From Saccostrea cucullata (lineage: Eukaryota), in contig NW_026927899.1 of assembly GCF_032062105.1 (NCBI RefSeq), forward strand, positions 186,001-250,000: a DNA stretch of 64,000 nt, read 5' to 3'. Positions within the stretch are counted from its first letter, which is position 1. Each line of letters begins with the position of its first letter. Shown here piece by piece: positions 59,801 through 64,000 of this stretch. The notes under the pieces were generated by a model. It ran no database searches, was not told where the DNA came from, and saw only the letters and a program-made list of their open reading frames with translations. The translations under genes and the position numbers were made by a program.

Positions 59801-61397
59801 TGATTACATAATTTGAATAAAAGACATTTCGTTAAATTTGTGTGTTTTTGTTAAAAGTATTATGGACTTCTTTATTAAATTTATGAAAGATAAGTTTTTT
59901 ACCTTAATAACATTTGAAACATAGATATTCACTTATTTGTGTTACAGAAAACCAACAATGTAAGGCTTTGGCTGAGGATAAATTTTCAAACGACCCTTGC
60001 AGAGGCCAGAAACTGAAATCAACAAGCCATAGGAATAAAGAGTTAGGTGAGAAATGTATTAATTTTTTTTCCTCTTGAAGATTAATATATTTCTTTTCTT
60101 CTAAACATATTAGATGTAACTATTGCAGGAAGCAGAGGATATAGTTTTCTAGTCAGCTTTTTCAAAAGTCACGGAAGTAAAACAAACCGAACAATCTTTG
60201 TAACATCAGAAACTGATTTCAATTTAACATTTTCATTGCCAGAGACTCAAAGTTCGAGTCTGATATCAATTTCTAGTCGTAGAAGTGGAAACATTACCAT
60301 GAAGAAGTTAAATGTACACTATTCTCTTGTTCCTTCTTATTTTACCCCTGAATACAAAGGTATCATCATCAACACTTCAGTCCCGTCATCTGTATTGACT
60401 CACCATAGTTATCAAACATCTTCAGATACTACAACCGTATTTCCAATCGACAACCTTTCAACATTCTACATTATATCAACATCGACACCGGCAAATTCAA
60501 AATAAGGTAGTGGAAGTCATTTCACAATTGCTTCTATGAAAGAGAACACTCTTGTTACAATTAAGTTTGCTGCAGATCATGACGTAAATATATTTATCCA
60601 AGAGAGAAATTATGGAAGAGGTGACATATTCCATATCATTTTGAACAAGTATCAAACATTCCAAATCGGTATTAAAGCCGACATGACAGGAACAACGATT
60701 AATTCTTCAAATCCTATCGCTATCTTTGCGGGAAATAGGTGCAATTATGTTGGATATTATGGATTTTGTAATATGCTTATAGAAATGGTAGCACCAGCTG
60801 ACAAACTCGACAATGTTTTTATTGTCCCACCAAATATTCATAGATACCAATCGCTTGTACGCTTTAACGACTGTTAAAAGTAATATCAAATATACGACTG
60901 AAAAAATCAAAACTAGGACTACTGTTTTGAAAAACCAATATGTTGAATTTTCTGTCGGCGAACACGAAATAGGTGTTATACATTCTAACAAACCTGTCTT
61001 AGTTAACAGTTTTGCAGGGGCTTCAAGTAAGGATAGAGTATATGGTGATCCATATATGATAACAGTACCTGGAATAAATCAGTATCTCAATAAATACATA
61101 AATTTCGTACCGGACGGATTTAATTTTAACTTTGCTACTTTTATGATTAGAAACAGTTCTTTAGAAAATCTTCAAATAAACGGTACGAAAATCGATGTAG
61201 ACAGATGCCTTTTTCATTCCTCAGTTCTCGTTGGGACAGCCCTTTACAGCGTTTGTACTGTAAGTGTTCCAAGTGGAGTCATTGCTGTTAAAACTTCAGA
61301 TGGGACTCGATTTGGTTTTATCGTTACCGGTCAATGAAAAAATGATGGTCATGGCTACACTGGAAATGCACTGTTAACCACAACATGTGGGACATAA
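56876..61397 (+). pseudogene. Paralog C: disrupted type II IgGFc-binding-domain receptor. Exons: ATG 56876-56878 (tentative), 57739-57804, 58628-58651, 58771-58942, 59948-60046, 60129-61397
   Basis: Canonical GT-AG exons encoding AAVPNEYMEPSIHYTGTSHESK / GDDHRYEE / LWGQ...HVLAVLLFIILVCGLATTCALYGLEKRKPE / stalk with NDPCR / IgGFc-binding exon collinear with gene A. Lesions: TAA 60503-60505, frameshift near 60863, TGA 61335-61337. Confidence 0.88.
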
Positions 61398-61679
61398 CAA
61401 AATTGCGACAAAATCGTAGTAAGATGATTACATGTATCTATATAAAATCTGAACAAAATGTGTAATAGATTTGTCTTCGAATATTCAGCTTTCGATTATT
61501 TTTGAAAGGAAGACCAATTTTAAACAGCATCACATTTTCTGTTTTTATAACTTCATAACTTATGTGGAGCTAATAAAAAACTTGAATGTTTCTCATTCAC
61601 ACAGATGAGAAAAAAATTGATTGTACATTTTTTTGTTCCTGTTTTAAAATTTATTGCTCATAAAGAGACGTTTGCGTGT

Positions 61680-61930
61680 GCCTTTAAATTTGGACTCGAC
61701 CGTCAAGGCCACTGAACAGCAAGACTTCATCATACCGAATCCTACCATAACATTCAGCGTCGTTTTTACGATGTCATCCGATATACCCCGATATACTTTA
61801 ACTTCTTAGTGCGCATCGCTTGGTGAAGGAACATATGCTTCCTAATTTTAATGGATTTAGGTCAGTTGCAGTGGTGATTCTTTGGTTCAAAGAGAATTAA
61901 AGCGCTTACAAACGGAGCTACAGAGGCTGC
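61680..61930 (-). mobile_element. Highly degenerate SINE (long variant)
   Basis: Residual similarity (aaggccactgaacag, gcgcatcgcttggtgaaggaaca) to 49647-49997. Confidence 0.5.
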
Positions 61931-62301
61931 CAAATGAAAAAAAGAGAAGACTGGCAATGAGAGACCCTGTATATAAACGCGTATTTCTAGAACTAAAAAA
62001 TGTGCTAGATTTGTAGTAACTTAGCTGTTCATAACATTGCTGAAACTTTGTTCTGTGCATATTAGTTTTTCCACTTACAGTAATTTTAGTTATATAATTT
62101 TAGTGCAGTAATCTTTGCGTTCGAAGAAATTATCTTCCATTTTAAGGTTTTGTTTTGCATTTAAGACAATGATACGGTTCTTTAATTAGACATCAATCAT
62201 CTAAAAACTAATTACTGCTAGCATTGGACAATTTATAGAACAGTTTGTATTGATTTTAAAGAAGTTCTTTTGCGTTTGATTGCAATTATTGTTACGTTTA
62301 A

Positions 62302-63215
62302 GGTAAGTCACTCGTCAACTTTTTAGAAAAGTTCACGCAGAAGCTTTTACTGCAAAACTACTTATTAAAATTCAATTTTTATAACATATTTAAATTCAAC
62401 AATGTAAATTTTTTAACATTCAATGAAAAAACTGCTCAAAAATCTACAAATTTGCAAAATTTATGAGGGACTATTTCTTTTGGCGTGAAAAATATTTAGC
62501 AGAAAATTCTGCAAACTGCAAATTTATAAAATTTAATGTAATGGAAATTTAGCCTCACATACTTGAAACTGGGAAAATATTTTCCTTTTTAAATTGCTAA
62601 AAATATTTAATATAGGTCTTAATTTATATTTTAGACTAAGTTTTACACCTTCCCTCAACAAACTTTTCCAAAAAATGAAAATATATAAAAGAAGTTAAGA
62701 TCAAATTTACACCATTTTTTGCCTGAAATCACATATTTTGACAAATATTTCAAAATTAACATCTTTGAAGAAACCTTTTTATATCATTATTTCAAAATAT
62801 ACTTGACACTGATCAGCACTTAATTAAAAAGTTTGATATAAGAACTTTTTTTTATTGCCTATTAAGTTTTTTAATACCCCAAATATGTTATTTTTTAGTG
62901 CAAAAAGGTCACACTCTAATTTACGCGCATTAATTTGCAAGATTTGTTTAATGATAAATACTATTCAAACTATTTTACGTAAAATAAGATTATATTTATT
63001 GCCATGCTTACATCTGATCAAATATAATAAGGGTTAAAGTAATTAACCAAAGAGATTAAATTTAAGTGCAAAAAGGTTGTTAAATGTAGTAGATCAGTAG
63101 GATGCACACTGACCCCCTATTTTCTTTGCGATTTTGAGTTACACTTTATGAGTACTTATCCAAAATATACTTCTCAAAAAATCCTTGATATAACAAATTT
63201 CAGGAGTGACTTACC
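62302..63215. mobile_element. Kolobok-like non-autonomous DNA transposon
   Basis: TIR ggtaagtcactc / gagtgacttacc; TTAA TSD at 62298-62301 and 63216-63219; RR...YY termini. Confidence 0.85.
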
Positions 63216-63551
63216 TTAAATGCAAAACCCTTTGCGAGTAATCGCAAGCATTTCAACCCAAAGGTTCTTATTGTGTTTAAAGGCAAAACGCACACCGTTA
63301 AATGCAGGATTATTTTCATTTCAACCCCAAACATTACGTTTAAACGCAAAGGTTTGGGTCAATACGCAAAGTTTTGCATTTAGACGGAACGTTATGCAAT
63401 TAAACAAATTCTTTTGTTTGTAAGAACATACTCAAAATACTTCTAAACTTAATTTTCCTATTCCCTGTTTAATTAAAAAGTCCCTTTTACTGAACGACAT
63501 ATTTGCAATTTAATGATGCTTAAGAAAAAAAACTGTTAATGTTTCCTGATA

Positions 63552-63752
63552 CTGTAAACCAACTTTTATTTGCGTCAACTTTAATTCACCTTTCTTCAGT
63601 TTGAAATCAATCCGCGACAACCAATTTTCGCAACTGAGGACATTATTTACAAATACAAAGCAAAATAAATGGTTTGCGTTGATTTATATTTGCGAGTTAA
63701 AGTAAATCTCGAAATTGAATATTTCTCGCACATGCATAAAATTTTGTTACAG
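63552..63752. mobile_element. Small degenerate Tc1/pogo-type MITE
   Basis: ta-ctgtaaaccaactttt ... aattttgttacag-ta; TA flanks. Confidence 0.55.
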
Positions 63753-64000
63753 TACTTTGTGCAAGAACATCTTATGGGATATCATTTAAAGTTAAGAATC
63801 TTGTAGAAAATTATCAAGGAAGAAATGGTACATTGTAGAATTTGTTTACACGTACGTAGCATGCATCTTTGAAAGTAAGGTATTTTTGTTCAAACACAAT
63901 AATTTTTGCGAATTAGTGTGTGTTATTTTGCATTTGAACGCAAAATTATCGCAATTAAACAAAATCGTTCACTTATGAAAGCAAAGATCACTGCGGTTAA

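Overview
AT-rich, repeat-dense eukaryotic DNA, most likely a bivalve mollusc (oyster-like, inferred from the SINE and Helentron/HINE families). Two N-gaps are present. Main content: (1) an apparently intact ~7.3-kb Ngaro-type tyrosine-recombinase retrotransposon (11443-18699) with split direct repeats A1...B1-A2-B2 and open gag, RT-RNaseH and YR ORFs. It carries an SGNH-hydrolase ORF upstream of gag, an array of covarying RNA hairpins between the hydrolase and gag, and a splice donor/acceptor pair that would fuse Gag in frame to the recombinase. (2) A cluster of three paralogous spliced genes for type II membrane proteins with a cytoplasmic acidic-YxxL (hemITAM-like) motif built across a micro-exon junction, a TM helix, a Cys-containing stalk and a C-terminal IgGFc-binding domain. 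One copy is intact (minus strand), one is a full-length pseudogene (plus strand) and one is a truncated fragment. (3) Many SINEs, MITEs (Kolobok-, mariner- and pogo-like), Helentron-like elements carrying satellites, a LINE fragment and mini/satellite arrays. Most short ORFs in the six-frame track are spurious. All coordinates and alignments were read by eye.
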